A DNA stretch of 64,000 bases from Eledone cirrhosa (taxonomy: Eukaryota). The translations under genes and the position numbers were made by a program. This document shows positions 1 to 13,384 of the stretch, one piece after another (positions within the stretch are counted from its first letter, which is position 1; every line of letters begins with the position of its first letter). The notes beneath the pieces were generated by a model. That model was not told the origin of the DNA. It worked only from the letters and a program-made list of their open reading frames with translations, and did no database searches. The DNA lies in the NCBI GenBank assembly GCA_964016885.1, contig OZ024744.1, positions 80,166,001-80,230,000 of the forward strand, in the 5' to 3' direction.

Positions 1-574
1 GAGACCCCTTGCTATAAACCAATGTTTTTCTTTCTTTTTAACGCACCGAAAGAACGTATGGTTGGTTATATATTATCTTTACACTCTTACACGTATGATT
101 GAGATGAAGGTAGGGGGTGGTGGAAAGGAGGAGACCCTTAATTGGCAACAGAGATAACAGCTCCCAGAACTTGCTGCAGCCCTTATTTACTTACTTACTC
201 TATAGCTCCACCACCACAACCACTTCTTGCACTGATTAAATCACCTAGGTAACAGAAAATACATTTTGCTTACATCTAGTGACATTTCAAACGTGATGCT
301 TCCAACAGCTAGCTACATAGCTAACTACTAACTCATGAATATCTAGTGCATGTTAAGTATTGGTACTTTGACAGCATGACATGCACGCACGCACGCACAC
401 ATCCACAGACACACACACACACACACATACTGTGGGAGAGGGGGTGGATGGCTAGACGGACAGATAAACAGATAGAGAGACAGGGAGATAGGAGATGGAG
501 AGACAGGGAGATAGATAGATAGGTAGAGAGACAGGGAGATAGGAGATGGAGAGACAGGGAGATAGATAGATAGA

Positions 575-842
575 TTTCTTTATTAGCCACAAGGGCGCAA
601 CAAGAAAGGGGACAATACAAAGACATGCCGGGGATTTTACATACAGTCGTGTAAAAAATATAAAAACAAACAATTTCAACAATCGAAATCCCCAATAGGG
701 GGGAGGCGCCACAAATGGGTTGTTTAATACCCCGTCGATAGAACAACCCTCAACTCAAGGAGCGTGTTGTGCAAGTGCTCCTTTCTTCCTTTTGCTCTCT
801 TCTTTAACCTACATGCTTATAAGCAGAGAAGGCCCAATCACT
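575..842 (-). mobile_element. 5'-truncated 3' end of the L1/Tx1-like LINE
   Basis: Closely matches 13150-13415 (ttattagccacaagggcgcac...gggttgtttaatacccc...gagaaggcccaatcactc); the 3' end abuts a (GATA)n tract. Confidence 0.85.
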
Positions 843-919
843 CTAGAGAAATAGAGAAGAAGGTAGATAAAGTTCATAGAGAGATAGAGATATATCGAGT
901 GATAGAGAGAGCGAGATAA

Positions 920-1000
<81 letters not shown>

Positions 1001-2215
1001 CTACACATAGGTCAATATTTCCACTTGGGCAATAACTCCTCTTTACATACCAGGCAAAGACCACAACTTAGACAACATAGATGTGTGGATGTTCTAAGTA
1101 GCTTGTACTTTGGTCGCTTTTTAGGTTTTCAGATTAGAAATTGTTTTAAGAAAGCAAAGGCACACACACGTGTGTGTGTGTGATGAATACGAGAAATTAC
1201 TTTGTATGAACAGTCTGTCTCCGAATTACATTGCTTAGTTACACAGGAATGAGAACACATAATGCTACTCATTTTGTGTGTGTGTGTGTGTGTACATGTG
1301 CGCGCGCGTGTGTGTGTGTGTGATATAGAATACAGCTACAACAATACAAATCAAACATCGAATATTCATAATAAAAATAGCAATGATATTGAAATGCTAC
1401 AATAGAAATATTTAATTAGTCCTTATATTTCGAGTAAAATACCCCTTTATGATGACGTTTAGAGAACAAAAAAGAGGGATTTCAGACGTTATTATGCCGG
1501 CAGTTGTCACCGTATTACCAATATCAAACTTAATACCCACTATATTGCTCACAATCTATTTTTGATTAATTTTAAATTTCCCGAGTGCCTCTCATCACAT
1601 TTCTTTTTTTAATAAACAGAATTGATAAATAAGCTAGCGATTATTTCTTTCTTCACCACGAGTGAAATTTTAATTAATATTCCTTAGATCGTTACAATAA
1701 CCATTTCGCATCTCCCTTACTATTCTCCAGATTAATGCATTTATATTATTTATTAATGCATTATTCTCCAGATTAAGGCAATTTATAAAGAAGAATGCTT
1801 GTGTGTTTGGGATGTAGTTTTTTATCGATAATATTTATACGTGAAAGGCGAATGCTTTGCGGTGTTTGTACCAGCTCTCTGCGCCCTAAGTTCAAATCCC
1901 ACCGAGGTCAATTTTGCTTTCCATTTTCTTTTAGAATTTGATTTTTTTTATGCACCAGCCCAGTCCTGGGGTTCAGCCTGCTTCTATATCTCTTTTTAAT
2001 TTTTCCTTTTTTTTTTTCTTTTTTTCTCTCTCATTCTCACCCTTTTCTCTCACTCATTCTCACCCTTTTCTCTCACTCTTTCTTTCTCATCTCTCACTCA
2101 CTGTTTCTTTCTGCACATTGATGAGGTGTCTGGTGTCACCAAGCAGCCATATGTTTGGTGCACTTTACGATGTGGGTATGTAATGGTGGTGGAATAGTAG
2201 AGTTTCTTTCTCACC

Positions 2216-2246
<31 letters not shown>

Positions 2247-2829
2247 GGAAGACATCGGCTATGTTCAGACCTGGAGAGGGGGTAGGCCCCGCTAAGTTTA
2301 AAGTGCCCAAAACACGATGTATTTCACTATAGCACCCTTATGCTCCATTGGGTGTTATTGTCCCGTACAAACATACATTCATTATACACGAGGTTTTGGT
2401 ATGAGAAATCATTAGGTACCGAATTATTGCAGTTGTTGTTAACAGTCCTGGATTAACCATTAAACAAAAAAAACATGCACTGAGGACGTCAAGTGAACCT
2501 GGGTCCCATAGGTGTTTATTTTTTTCATATACAGTATATAGGGCTACTATAATCTCTTGTGTTTAGGACCTTTAAAGGACTTAATGGTGATGGCAGTGGT
2601 CATGGTGGTAGTAGCAGTGGTGGTGGTGATGGTAGCAGTCATGGTAATAGTAAAGGTGATGGTAGTTGCAGTGGTGGTGATTTCTAGAAACAAGTCAGTC
2701 TTATTTCAAGCAAAGGAATGAACAAAGGGGAAGCAAGCTCCCTTTGTTCATGCTGGTGGCTGTGGGTCTAACGAATGAAGCCAGTAAAGAGAGATGGGGA
2801 GGGAGCTACAGTGGGGGGGGGGGGGGTAA

Positions 2830-3125
2830 TCAACACTCAGTAATGAGCTGGTACTTATTTATTGACCTCGAAAAGATGAAAGACAAAATGTGACCTCAAC
2901 GGAATTTGAACTCAGAGTGCAGAGAGAGAACCGAAATAAATACCGCAAACATTCCTTCTATCCGACATTCTACTGATTCTGTCTTAGATCAGAAATGTTT
3001 TCTAATTTAGGCACAAGGTCAGAAATTTGTGAGGAGGTGGGGTGGGGGTGATTATATTGGCTTCAGTATTTTACAGGTATTTTATTTTATCGGTCTACCT
3101 CGAAAGGTTTGAACTCAGAACATAG
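2830..3125 (-). mobile_element. Two adjacent tRNA-derived Meta/MESC-core SINE copies
   Basis: Family motif ctggtacttattttatcgacc..aaggatgaaaggcaaag..gacctcggcgggatttgaactcag (reverse of B-box plus core). Confidence 0.75.
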
Positions 3126-3164
3126 AAATAACAAAACGTGTGTATTATGCTTTTTAAAAGAAAG

Positions 3165-3825
3165 TCGCACGGCTTAGTGGTTAGAGTGTCTGGCTCACGG
3201 TCATAAGGTTGTGGGTTTGATTTCCAGACCAGGCTGCGCGTTGTGTCTTAGCAAAACAACGTTATTTCATATTACTCCAGTCTACTCAGCTGGTAAAAAT
3301 GATTTGTACCTGCAATTCAAGGGAACCAGCCACATTTTGTAGCGCTGAATCTCCCTGAGAACTACGTTAAGGGTACACATATCTACGGAATATTCAGCCA
3401 CATACGCGTTAATTTCACTAGCAGGCAGTTCTGTTGGTTATATCAACTGTGAAATATTCGTCGTTGGAAACGTCGGTGGCCTAATAACACAACACACCAC
3501 AACACATTTTGTAACGCTGAATCTCCCTGAGAACTACGGAATATTCAGCCACATACATTTTAATTTCACTAAGAGACAGTTATGTATGTTACAGACTGCT
3601 AACCTCTAAAAATCTAAACGGGGAGTACTATGGAAAAAGTGCCCCAAAACGGGGAGATTTTACATAATGAAAGCTATACCCATTTTTCACAAAAGATATC
3701 TTTCACCCACCCCAAAGTGGGTGGGAAATCTCCCCGTCGGACGGGGAGAGTTGATAGGTCTGGTGTTGGTTGAGTTAACTGTGAAGAAATCCTCGTCTCG
3801 TCGTCGGAAGTAACGGAGGCCTAAC
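3165..3825 (+). mobile_element. tRNA-derived SINE (second family) with partly duplicated tail and a nested MITE
   Basis: A-box ggcttagtggttagag and B-box-like ggtttgatttcc; ctgaatctccctgagaactacg occurs at 3345 and 3517. Confidence 0.65.
3592..3762. mobile_element. MITE with CAGAC...GTCTG termini
   Basis: Terminal inverted repeats cagactgctaac / gttgataggtctg; homologous to 4370-4564. Confidence 0.65.
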
Positions 3826-4369
3826 ACAAGACAACAGGAAATAATATGTTTGTGTTATTTTAGTGGTGTGCAGTTGCAGATTTTGGCACAAGTTTTCGTT
3901 TTGAGTAAGAGTGGAGCTATGTTGAAATAGAAGTAATGTGCATCAACGGGGAGAAGAAGTGAATTCCACAATTCTCAAATGAGTCTGGGTTTTAATGTTG
4001 TTGTTGTTGTTGCTTTCAGCTGTTGTTTATTTAGTTCTTTCGTGAACTCTGTTGATGACACAAGGGAAAAAATGTACGAAGTAAATACTGTATGATACTG
4101 TATGATAGTATACGTAGTGTATTGCATGTGTGGCTGCGTACGTACGTTTGTCTGTGTGGGTGGAGAAACAGAGTAAATGAAGAAGTGGGAGGTGGAATGA
4201 GAGAAAGAGAGGGGAACGAGGAAAAGACAGAAATAAACCGAATGCATGCCTGTAAAACATACGAGTCTTTATGTGTGTGTGTGTGTGTGTGTGTGAGTAC
4301 CTGATGATTAGGGTGTTCGGTGCTTAATCGTTAGTTCCAGGGTTCGATCCCATTGCTAAAGCATCTTAG

Positions 4370-4564
4370 CAGACATGCCAACTTCTAAAAACCCAAACCG
4401 GGAATACCATGAAAAAAAGTGTCCCAAAACAGGGATAAATGAGGCAAAATGGGGAGATTTTACATAATGAAAACTATACTCATTTTCACAAAGGAAGACA
4501 TCTTTCAGCCACCCCAAAGTGGGTGGGTGATGTCCCCGTCTGACGGGGAGAATTGACAGGTCTG
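4370..4564. mobile_element. MITE, second copy
   Basis: cagacatgccaact...aattgacaggtctg; shares ggggagattttacataatgaaa and cccaaagtgggtggg with 3592-3762. Confidence 0.65.
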
Positions 4565-4599
4565 TCAGTTACCATAACATACCTTGTGAATGAAATTCT

Positions 4600-4885
4600 A
4601 AAAGTCTTGTCACGACCCGGAGGGCTCATCTGGCCGGTTGCTGAACCTGGTTTCCGTGGTATTAAGCGACTGAAAATACAACACTCCAACTACCCACCCA
4701 GTCGGCAGTCCATTGCAGGGTTAACTCCCTCCCCATCCCCGATCAGCTATTGCTTGTAGTCATTCTCAACTGAGTGTACTGAAGCAATGTGAAATGAAGT
4801 ATTTTACTCAAGAACACAACATACAACAGACAACCGAGTCCAGGAATTGAACCCATGACATTATGATTGTAAGTCCAACATCCTT
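4600..4885 (-). mobile_element. tRNA-derived SINE
   Basis: Reverse head ggaattgaacccatgac and body ctcaagaacacaac; related to 34440-34700. Confidence 0.55.
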
Positions 4886-5119
4886 AGGTAGACGGAAACT
4901 ATTTGGAAGCCCGTCGAATAGAAATGTGTATGTACGTATGTGTGTACATTTCACAGCTAAAAAGACATTCATCTGTAGACAAAGTAGCCTTACCTTTCTG
5001 TCCATAAAGAGAGCCATAATCAACTGCACTTTATATCAAACACAAACTAGGACTTAACTAAAACGACCAGTCATGTGTTTACATCATAAAAATTTGTCGG
5101 TGGGATTAATCATTTAATA

Positions 5120-5640
5120 AGGGTTTCTGATTTAGGCACAATGCCAACAATTTTTGGGGAGAAGAAAATCGATTAAATCGATTAAATCGACTCCAGTGCA
5201 TTACAGGTACTTTATTTTATCGACTCCGAAAGGATGATAAGGCAAAGTTAAGCTCGGCGGGATTTGAACTCAATGTAAAGGGCCGTAGCTATGCCCCAAA
5301 TCATGCTGTTCGACGCTCTATCGATTCTGACAATTGAATAATGAATATTCATACGTAATTTAATAATTGTTTCTACTTTTTGTTGATTTCCAAAGTTTTT
5401 GTTGTTATAAACCCCACTTTGTATTGCAATTCGTCTTTGTATTATCTCAAACGGTTGAGGTTAACTTTGCCTTTCATCCTTACGGGGTTGATAAAATAAA
5501 GTACCAGTAATGTACTAGGGTCGATTTTCCTCTTCCCCCAAATTATTGGTCTTGTGTCGCCTAAATCAGAAACCATTATTTTTTAGTTGATGGGGGTGAA
5601 TTGGCAGTGCATTAGTGGTACTTTATTTTATCGACCCCGT
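5120..5640. mobile_element. Cluster of Meta/MESC-core SINEs (5120-5335 minus, 5455-5575 plus, fragment at 5600-5640)
   Basis: Core gcctttcatccttacggggttgataaaataaagtaccag and its reverse complement. Confidence 0.75.
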
Positions 5641-6222
5641 TAATTTAATAATGAATATTCATATGCAATTTTAGAAAAGCTGGATATAAATAGTGTTTTA
5701 CTATAGCTCTCTTTGTGGACGGAAGTACTTGTCTTTACTTGTCTACTGATGAACAGCTAATTAGTCGTGAAACATTATTTTATTGGTTTCGGTCATTAGC
5801 TGCGGCCACACTGGGGCATTGCCTTGGAAAGGTTTAATCAATGATATCGATACCAGTACTTTTTTTTTTTAAAGTACTGATATTATTTTGTCGAACTGCT
5901 AAATTAAGCAACATAAACAAACAGTAAACGTAAACACACGCACACACACATAATATTTGTTATACTCGACTGCCATGTTCATACCTCTAAGCCTGCCAAT
6001 AGTTTGTATGCATGTATATGATATATATAATATATATATGTTAAGTATTTCTGTAGAAAAGTTAAATGAAAGAAGAATGTTCTACAACATAATATAATTA
6101 TTTCATTGCCAAAGGTTCATCTGATGAACGGGCTGAAACGGGCTGGACGTTTCTGTAAGAATCGTCTAGTATCTTGAAACCTATTATGTTGGCTTCACGC
6201 TCACAATAATTTATATACTTTC

Positions 6223-6305
<83 letters not shown>

Positions 6306-6306
<1 letters not shown>

Positions 6307-6590
6307 GTAGGAGGTGAGTTTTATTGTAGTACAATAAAGCAGTGCAGATATCGGATAAGTAGCACTCTACAATTTGTAGGACTGGAGTATAAATAATATA
6401 TAAGATCAAAAGATGGTTAAAAGAGTTCCATGTATTTTATTATGCGCATTTCAAAAACAAATATCATCATGCAATAACATTTGCGTTTTCGTCAGATAAA
6501 ATAGGGAGACATGATATGAAGGTTAAAAAACACTTGTGAATAGTGCAGTTTTAAATCAACATATCAATGTTGATTTAAAACTGCACTATA
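6306..6590 (-). mobile_element. Penelope-like terminal module, family C, with a fold-back end, in (TA)n
   Basis: Same sequence as 20641, 27100, 51385, 61352 and 63235; inverted arms 6541-6562 / 6567-6588. Confidence 0.8.
6435..6501 (-). ncRNA. Type I hammerhead ribozyme (family C)
   Basis: Minus strand reads ttttat CTGACGA [long stem II] GAAA TGCGCA T A ataaaa; stem I 6 bp, stem III palindrome ATGCGCAT. Confidence 0.8.
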
Positions 6591-6619
6591 TATAATCAAA
6601 GAGATATTTAATTTGTTGG

Positions 6620-6651
<32 letters not shown>

Positions 6652-7109
6652 CGAAGGAAGTGTAGTAAGGAACCAGGGGGACCATAAAGCACCAGAGTAT
6701 CAGAGTACTCGATACTTTGGCTAGTAGAGTGGGTAATAATAAAAATGTTCAGGACAGAGAGAATATATATACATAATTATATACATTATAAAAAAAGAGA
6801 ATATATATGTGTGTGTGTGTGATGTGTCTGTGTGATTGTGTGTGTGCGTGTATGTGTGTGCATGATGTCTGTGAGGTGTGTGTGATGTGTGTGTGTGTGT
6901 GTGTGTGTGTGTGAGTGTGTGTGTGTGTGTGTGAGTGTGTGTGTGTGTGCATGATGTCTGTGAGGTGTGTGTGATGTGTGACTGCGCAGTGTGTGATTGC
7001 GCGCGATGTGTGTGTGTGTGTGTGTGTTTTTACTGTTGAACAAGTCGTTGGAGGAGTTCCAGTTCAAATATCAGTCTCACCAAAAATAATACGAAATGTT
7101 TTTCTCTCT

Positions 7110-9010
7110 ATGAACCAGCACCACCATCACCAACACCACCATCATCACCACCATCACCAACACCACCATCATCACCACCATCACCAACACTCCCATCATT
7201 AACACCATCACCAACACCACCATCATCACCACCATCACCAACACTCCCATCATTACCACCATCACCAACATCATCACCAACACCATCATCAACACCACCA
7301 TCATCACCACCATCACCAACACTCCCATCATTAACAGCACCACCATCATCATCACCAACACCATCATCAACAATACTTAAGTCACCACAACACCACCGCC
7401 AACACCATCACCAACACCACCACATTCAACATCACAAACAGCAAAACTACCACCATCATCACCACCATACCACCATCACTACCACCATACCACCACCACC
7501 AACAGTAACACCACCACTACTAATACCACAAACAACAATACAACCACCATTAACACCGCCATCATCACCAACAACAACAACACAAACAAGAAAACTACCT
7601 CCGTCATCACTACCACCATCACCACCACCATCACCACTAACACAAACAAGAAAACTACCTCCATCACCACCACCACCATCACCACCACCATCACCACTAA
7701 CACAAACAACAATACAACCACCATTAACACCGCCATCACCAACAACAACAACACAAACAAGAAAACTACTACCACCACCACCACCATCACCACCACTACT
7801 AACACAAACAACAATACAACCACCATTAACACCGCCATCACCAACAACAACACAAACAAGAAAACTACTACCACCACCACCACCATCACCACCACTACTA
7901 ACACAAACAACAATACAACCACCATTAACACCGCCATCACCAACAACAACACAAACAAGAAAACTACCTCCATCACTACCACCACCACCACCACCACCAC
8001 CATCACCACTAACACAAACAACAATACAACCACCATTAACACCGCCATCACCAACAACAACAACACAAACAAGAAAACTACCTCCATCACCACCACCACC
8101 ATCACCACTAACACAAACAACAATACAACCACCATTAACACCGCCATCACCAACAACAACAATAACACAAACAAGAAAACTACCTCCACCACCACCACCA
8201 CCATCACCACTAACACAAACAACAATACAACCACCATTAACACCGCCATCACCAACAACAACAACACAAACAAGAAAACTACTACCACCACCACCACCAT
8301 CACCACCACTACTAACACAAACAACAATACAACCACCATTAACACCGCCATCACCAACAACAACACAAACAAGAAAACTACTACCACCACCACCACCATC
8401 ACCACCACTACTAACACAAACAACAATACAACCACCATTAACACCGCCATCACCAACAACAACACAAACAAGAAAACTACCTCCATCACTACCACCACCA
8501 CCACCACCACCACCATCACCACTAACACAAACAACAATACAACCACCATTAACACCGCCATCACCAACAACAACAACACAAACAAGAAAACTACCTCCAT
8601 CACCACCACCACCATCACCACTAACACAAACAACAATACAACCACCATTAACACCGCCATCACCAACAACAACAATAACACAAACAAGAAAACTACCTCC
8701 ACCACCACCACCACCATCACCACTAACACAAACAACAATACAACCACCATTAACACCGCCATCACCAACAACAACAACAACACAAACAAGAAAACTACCT
8801 CCATCACCACCACCACCACCACCATCACCACTAACACAAACAACAATACAACCACCATTAACACCGCCATCACCAACAACAACAACACAAACAAGAAAAC
8901 TACCTCCATCATCACTACCACCATCACCACTAACACCATCACCACTAACACAAACAACAATACAACCAGCATCAACACCACCACCATTATCAACACCACC
9001 ACCATCTCAA
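7110..9010. repeat. ACC/AAC/ATC-derived minisatellite (units of ~99-114 bp) with a 513-bp higher-order duplication
   Basis: The aagaaaact anchor recurs at 7759, 7858, 7957, 8071, 8173 and again 513 bp later at each position. Confidence 0.9.
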
Positions 9011-9104
9011 CACCACAAACTGCAATACCAAGTAACCATATGACCAACTAAACAGCCCCCAAAACAAGGTCAAATCAATCATAGTATACTTTGACCATAG
9101 AAAT

Positions 9105-9920
9105 AATTGTTTCTACTTTTTGGCACAAGGCCAGCAATTTGTAGGTGGCGAATTGGCAGTCGTTAGAACGTCGGATAGAGTGCTTTATGGTATTCCTTCT
9201 GGTTCTCTGCTCTCTCAGTTGAAACCATGGACAACTTTGCCTTTCATCCTTTCGAGGTTGATTAAAAAAAAAAAAAAGTACCAGTCCAATACTGGGGTTG
9301 ATTCTTCCTATCTCTGGAAGAAATATACTGTACTCAGATCGGGGGGGGGGGGGGGTCTGCCAGACTTTAAATGCCCAAGAAACGCCTTTTGTCAATACGG
9401 TGCCCCTACGATTCTAAAGGAGTTACGGGACCATACCATACCAGTAATTTGAGGGAGGGGAAAAGTCGATTATATTGACTCCGATACATAACTGGTACAT
9501 TATTTTATCGACCCCCGTAAGGATAAAAGGCAAAGTTGACCTCGGCGGGGATTTGAACTCAAAACGTAAAGGGACGTAACAATAATTGTTTCTATATTTA
9601 GCACGTAGTAAGCAATTTGAGGGAAGAGATAAAGTCGATTATATCGACCCCAGTTCTTAACTGGTACTTTATTTTATCAGATGAAAGGTAAAGTTGACCT
9701 CGGTGGGATTTGAACTCAGAACGTGAAGACCATACTAACGAAACTGCCAATCCGACACTAACGAAACTGTCAATTCGCCACCTTCAATTAGGAAATAAAG
9801 GTTTCTGATTTAGGCGACACAAGGCGAATAATTTGGGGGAAGAGGAAAATCGACCCTAGTACGTTACTGGTACTTTATTTTATTGACTCCCAAGGATGAA
9901 AGGCAAAGCTAACCTCAATC
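9105..9920. mobile_element. Cluster of 4-5 Meta/MESC-core SINEs
   Basis: Plus copy 9142-9320 (ggtggcgaattggcagtcgttag...); minus copies 9440-9580, 9585-9785 and 9800-9920. Confidence 0.8.
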
Positions 9921-10198
9921 GTTTGAGATAATACAAAGACGAATTACAATACAAAGTGGGGTTTATAACAGAAAAAAACGTTGGAAATGAACAAAAACAA
10001 TAAATGTAACAAATCTCCAACAAAATAAACCTATAAATCCCTAATTGAGAGGAAGACCACTTAAGGTAATTCGGGGCCAAAACTCTTCACAAAAGACCCA
10101 GATTTTTTTTATTGGTCACAAAGTCCCAAGACATTGGTAGCAATACAAGGACAAAGAGGGAAAAAATAATTGTATTAGTCTTAATTGTTGAAGGGCGT

Positions 10199-10400
10199 TT
10201 AACCCTTTAACATTTAAACAGGCCGCGTCCGGCCAGAATTCTTTCACCTCTTTCTGTTCAACTGGCTTGTAACTGGCCGTTGATATTGACTCTAAGGTAT
10301 TGTTCTCAAAATATTGTCATCAAAATCTCGTAGCTTCGATATCATGTGAGATAATGTGAAAATACAATAGTAAATATAGAGTAATGTAAATACTAAAATA
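10199..10400. mobile_element. piggyBac-like MITE with degenerate right end
   Basis: Starts ttaa-ccctttaacattta; homologous to 56649-56864. Confidence 0.65.
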
Positions 10401-10506
10401 TGTTTCGTTCTTTCAATAACACCTCCTACCGTGACTTTAAATGTGTCTTTAAAAAAAAAGAAGAAAAACACTGGTTAGTGTTGTTATCGGGCAAGAGTTT
10501 CAAAAA

Positions 10507-10712
10507 TACGAGGGAAGGCTGAACTAAAAAGTTTATAGGCTGACTATGAAGGAGTGATGCTAGAGCTGTGAAATCTTGCATGCATTAATTTTTAACTCTT
10601 CTTATTAATAACTGCCTGGTTTCTTTCCAGGGACTATGTTGAAAAATAAACCTCATTCGGTTATTCCATGAGTGCCTTCATCAGCCAATGGACTCTTCAG
10701 CCGCACTCTGTA
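10507..10712. mobile_element. Mariner-like MITE
   Basis: ta-cgaggg..ggctgaa / ttcagccgcactctg-ta termini with TA flanks. Confidence 0.55.
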
Positions 10713-10872
10713 TCGACTTCCAAGGGTCAATAGAGGGTACTACGATCCGGGAAATGAATTGAAATTTTAGACACCCCCACCCAAAAAATCCCTGGCGTTT
10801 GTATGTTTTTATTTCTATTCATTTCCTTATAAGTTTTGTTTAAATATTTCTGTAAATATTCTTTAAATAAAG

Positions 10873-10924
<52 letters not shown>

Positions 10925-10929
<5 letters not shown>

Positions 10930-11385
10930 AGGATGAATATAAAATGAAAGTGCTTTTGTTAAAAAAGGAATTTATTAGGTATTGACATATTACTTGTTTA
11001 GCAGTAAATTAATTTACCATCTGTCATATACTATCCCCTCTGTTCCTTCCTCTTTTACTAATATAAATACTTCAATTTTTTTGATTTTATCCAATTTATC
11101 CAAAATCTCTGAAGAAGTGACAACTGATTATACATTTGCTATCGAATACTTGCTAACATTATATGATTACGCAAGCAGCGATACATAGGTATTCCGTCTG
11201 TTACAGAAACATATGTCAATACCTAATAAATTCCTTTTTTAACAAAAGCACTTTCATTTTATATTCATCCTTTCTACATTTTCTCCGGAATATAATTTAT
11301 ACTCGTTGAGCAAACCTGCACGTACGCTGTTCATCTCTAACGTAACGATATATTATCACTACATTATTGATAACCTGAAATTTTA
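10925..11385 (+). mobile_element. Fold-back HHR module in (TA)n
   Basis: 10925-10990 is the inverse of 11211-11276; HHR core CTGAAGA at 11109 and GAAACATATGTC at 11206-11217; stem I is degenerate. Confidence 0.7.
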
Positions 11386-11398
11386 TATATATATATAT

Positions 11399-11879
11399 AT
11401 ATTTAAGTAACAGCCGTACTAAGAGTGGGAAATGAAATTTCGTTTCATTTTTTCCGTTTATCGTTTTCGGTGCACCCGGCCGATTAACCCACTCGATATG
11501 CAAATTGGGCTACTCAGCCGTTAATATGCATAAGGTAAGTATATACGTTCAACAATCTGGCAGGAAGCTATACGTTGCTGACGATAGCTAATAAGCTTGA
11601 AACTAGTACAGCGTTCCTTTGTCAGTGTTGAACAAACGAGCAACGATGGTTGCAAGACACTGCGGCTTTATACGGGATGTTTGTTTACAAACACACCGAG
11701 CATTATAATAAATGTTCGGTGAATCCATACATACATATATATATGTGTGCATGTATGTATATATATATATACATACTACTGTACGTCTGTATACATATAT
11801 GTATGTACGTGTACATACTTATATTTAAGTAACAGCCGTACTAAGAGTGGGAAATGAAATTTCGTTTCATTTTTTCCGT
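11399..11879 (+). mobile_element. Retrozyme-like non-coding unit (422-bp period) in (TA)n
   Basis: Direct repeat 11399-11457 = 11821-11879 enclosing a complete HHR. Confidence 0.7.
11573..11613 (+). ncRNA. Type I hammerhead ribozyme
   Basis: cgttg CTGACGA t AGCT aata AGCT t GAAA CTAG T A cagcg. Confidence 0.85.
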
Positions 11880-11985
11880 ATATATATATACAATATATTA
11901 ATAAATGGAAAACTGTTGAGTGCTTTATATCAGTTATAACATTTTTAAGCTTGTTGAATCCCAACAAATTAAATATAACCTCTGC

Positions 11986-12040
<55 letters not shown>

Positions 12041-12360
12041 GTGTGTGTGAGTGTGTGTAAAAAACTTCATTATACAACTTGCTTATACAGATTTCTGACT
12101 TTATGTTATAAATCATTAAAAATATATATATAAATGGTAGGTTTAGGCCCCAAAATTCAATCGATACCGCAGGGGGGGGGGGTCGATATCAACCATTTTG
12201 GTTACACTAGCTCAAATTCATATCTTATTTTAAGACTGCAAGTAACGAACGAGAGTGGTTTGGTTACTATTTCTAGCAGATCGAGTGTCGTCCGTGTATG
12301 TGTACGCATATAGTATGCGTGTGGTGACAGGGTCGCAGCGCATATTTAATCTAACCATTT

Positions 12361-12430
<70 letters not shown>

Positions 12431-12667
12431 TATGTTGTCCGTCTAAAACGTCTGTGAATGAGTTAGTAAGTCAATAGTATTTAGAGGGTATTAGAGAGGA
12501 TTAAGAGGTTAATGGATAAATGGATAAATGTCATAGCAGAAAGAACAATATAGGATTAGGGAGAACAAGAAACGAACAATTCAGGACATTTAGATAGACT
12601 CAGGGGTGAGGGGGTGGCAATGGGGGTAGGGGATGACTTTCTATAGACATGAGCTGACACTGCAAGA

Positions 12668-12864
<197 letters not shown>

Positions 12865-13384
12865 GTCTGAAAAGAAAAAAAAAAACGTATGATAAAAAAG
12901 ACACATTGACAGAAATTGACAGGACAGACAGAAATGGATTTCTTTATTTCTACGTTTGGCACAAGGCCCAGTACATTACTGGCACTTTATTTTATCGACC
13001 TCGTAAGGCAAAATTAACCTTCGCGGGATTTGAACTCAGCTAGATAGATAGACAGACATATAGGTGATACAGAGATAGGCTATATATATATATGTATGTA
13101 TATATCCATAGAAAAAGAAGATAGGTACATAGCTAGACAGATAGATATATTTCGTTATTAGCCACAAGGGCGCACAAGAAAAGGGGACAAAACAAAGACA
13201 CATGCCGGCGATTTTACATACAATCGTGTAAAAATATTGAAACAAACAAACATAACAATCGAAATTCCCAATAAGGGGGAGGCGCCATACATGGGTTGTT
13301 TAATACCCCGTAAATAGAACAACCCTCAACTTCAGGAGCGTGTTGTGCAAGTGCCCCTTTCTTCCTTTTGCTCTCTTCTTCAAC

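Noticed and set aside
1-275. Possible LTR edge (TGTAAG start on the minus strand)
   Set aside because: It is cut by the window edge, with no second copy, PBS or TSD visible.
7479-9047. 522-aa hydrophobic ORF
   Set aside because: It is the translation of a minisatellite.
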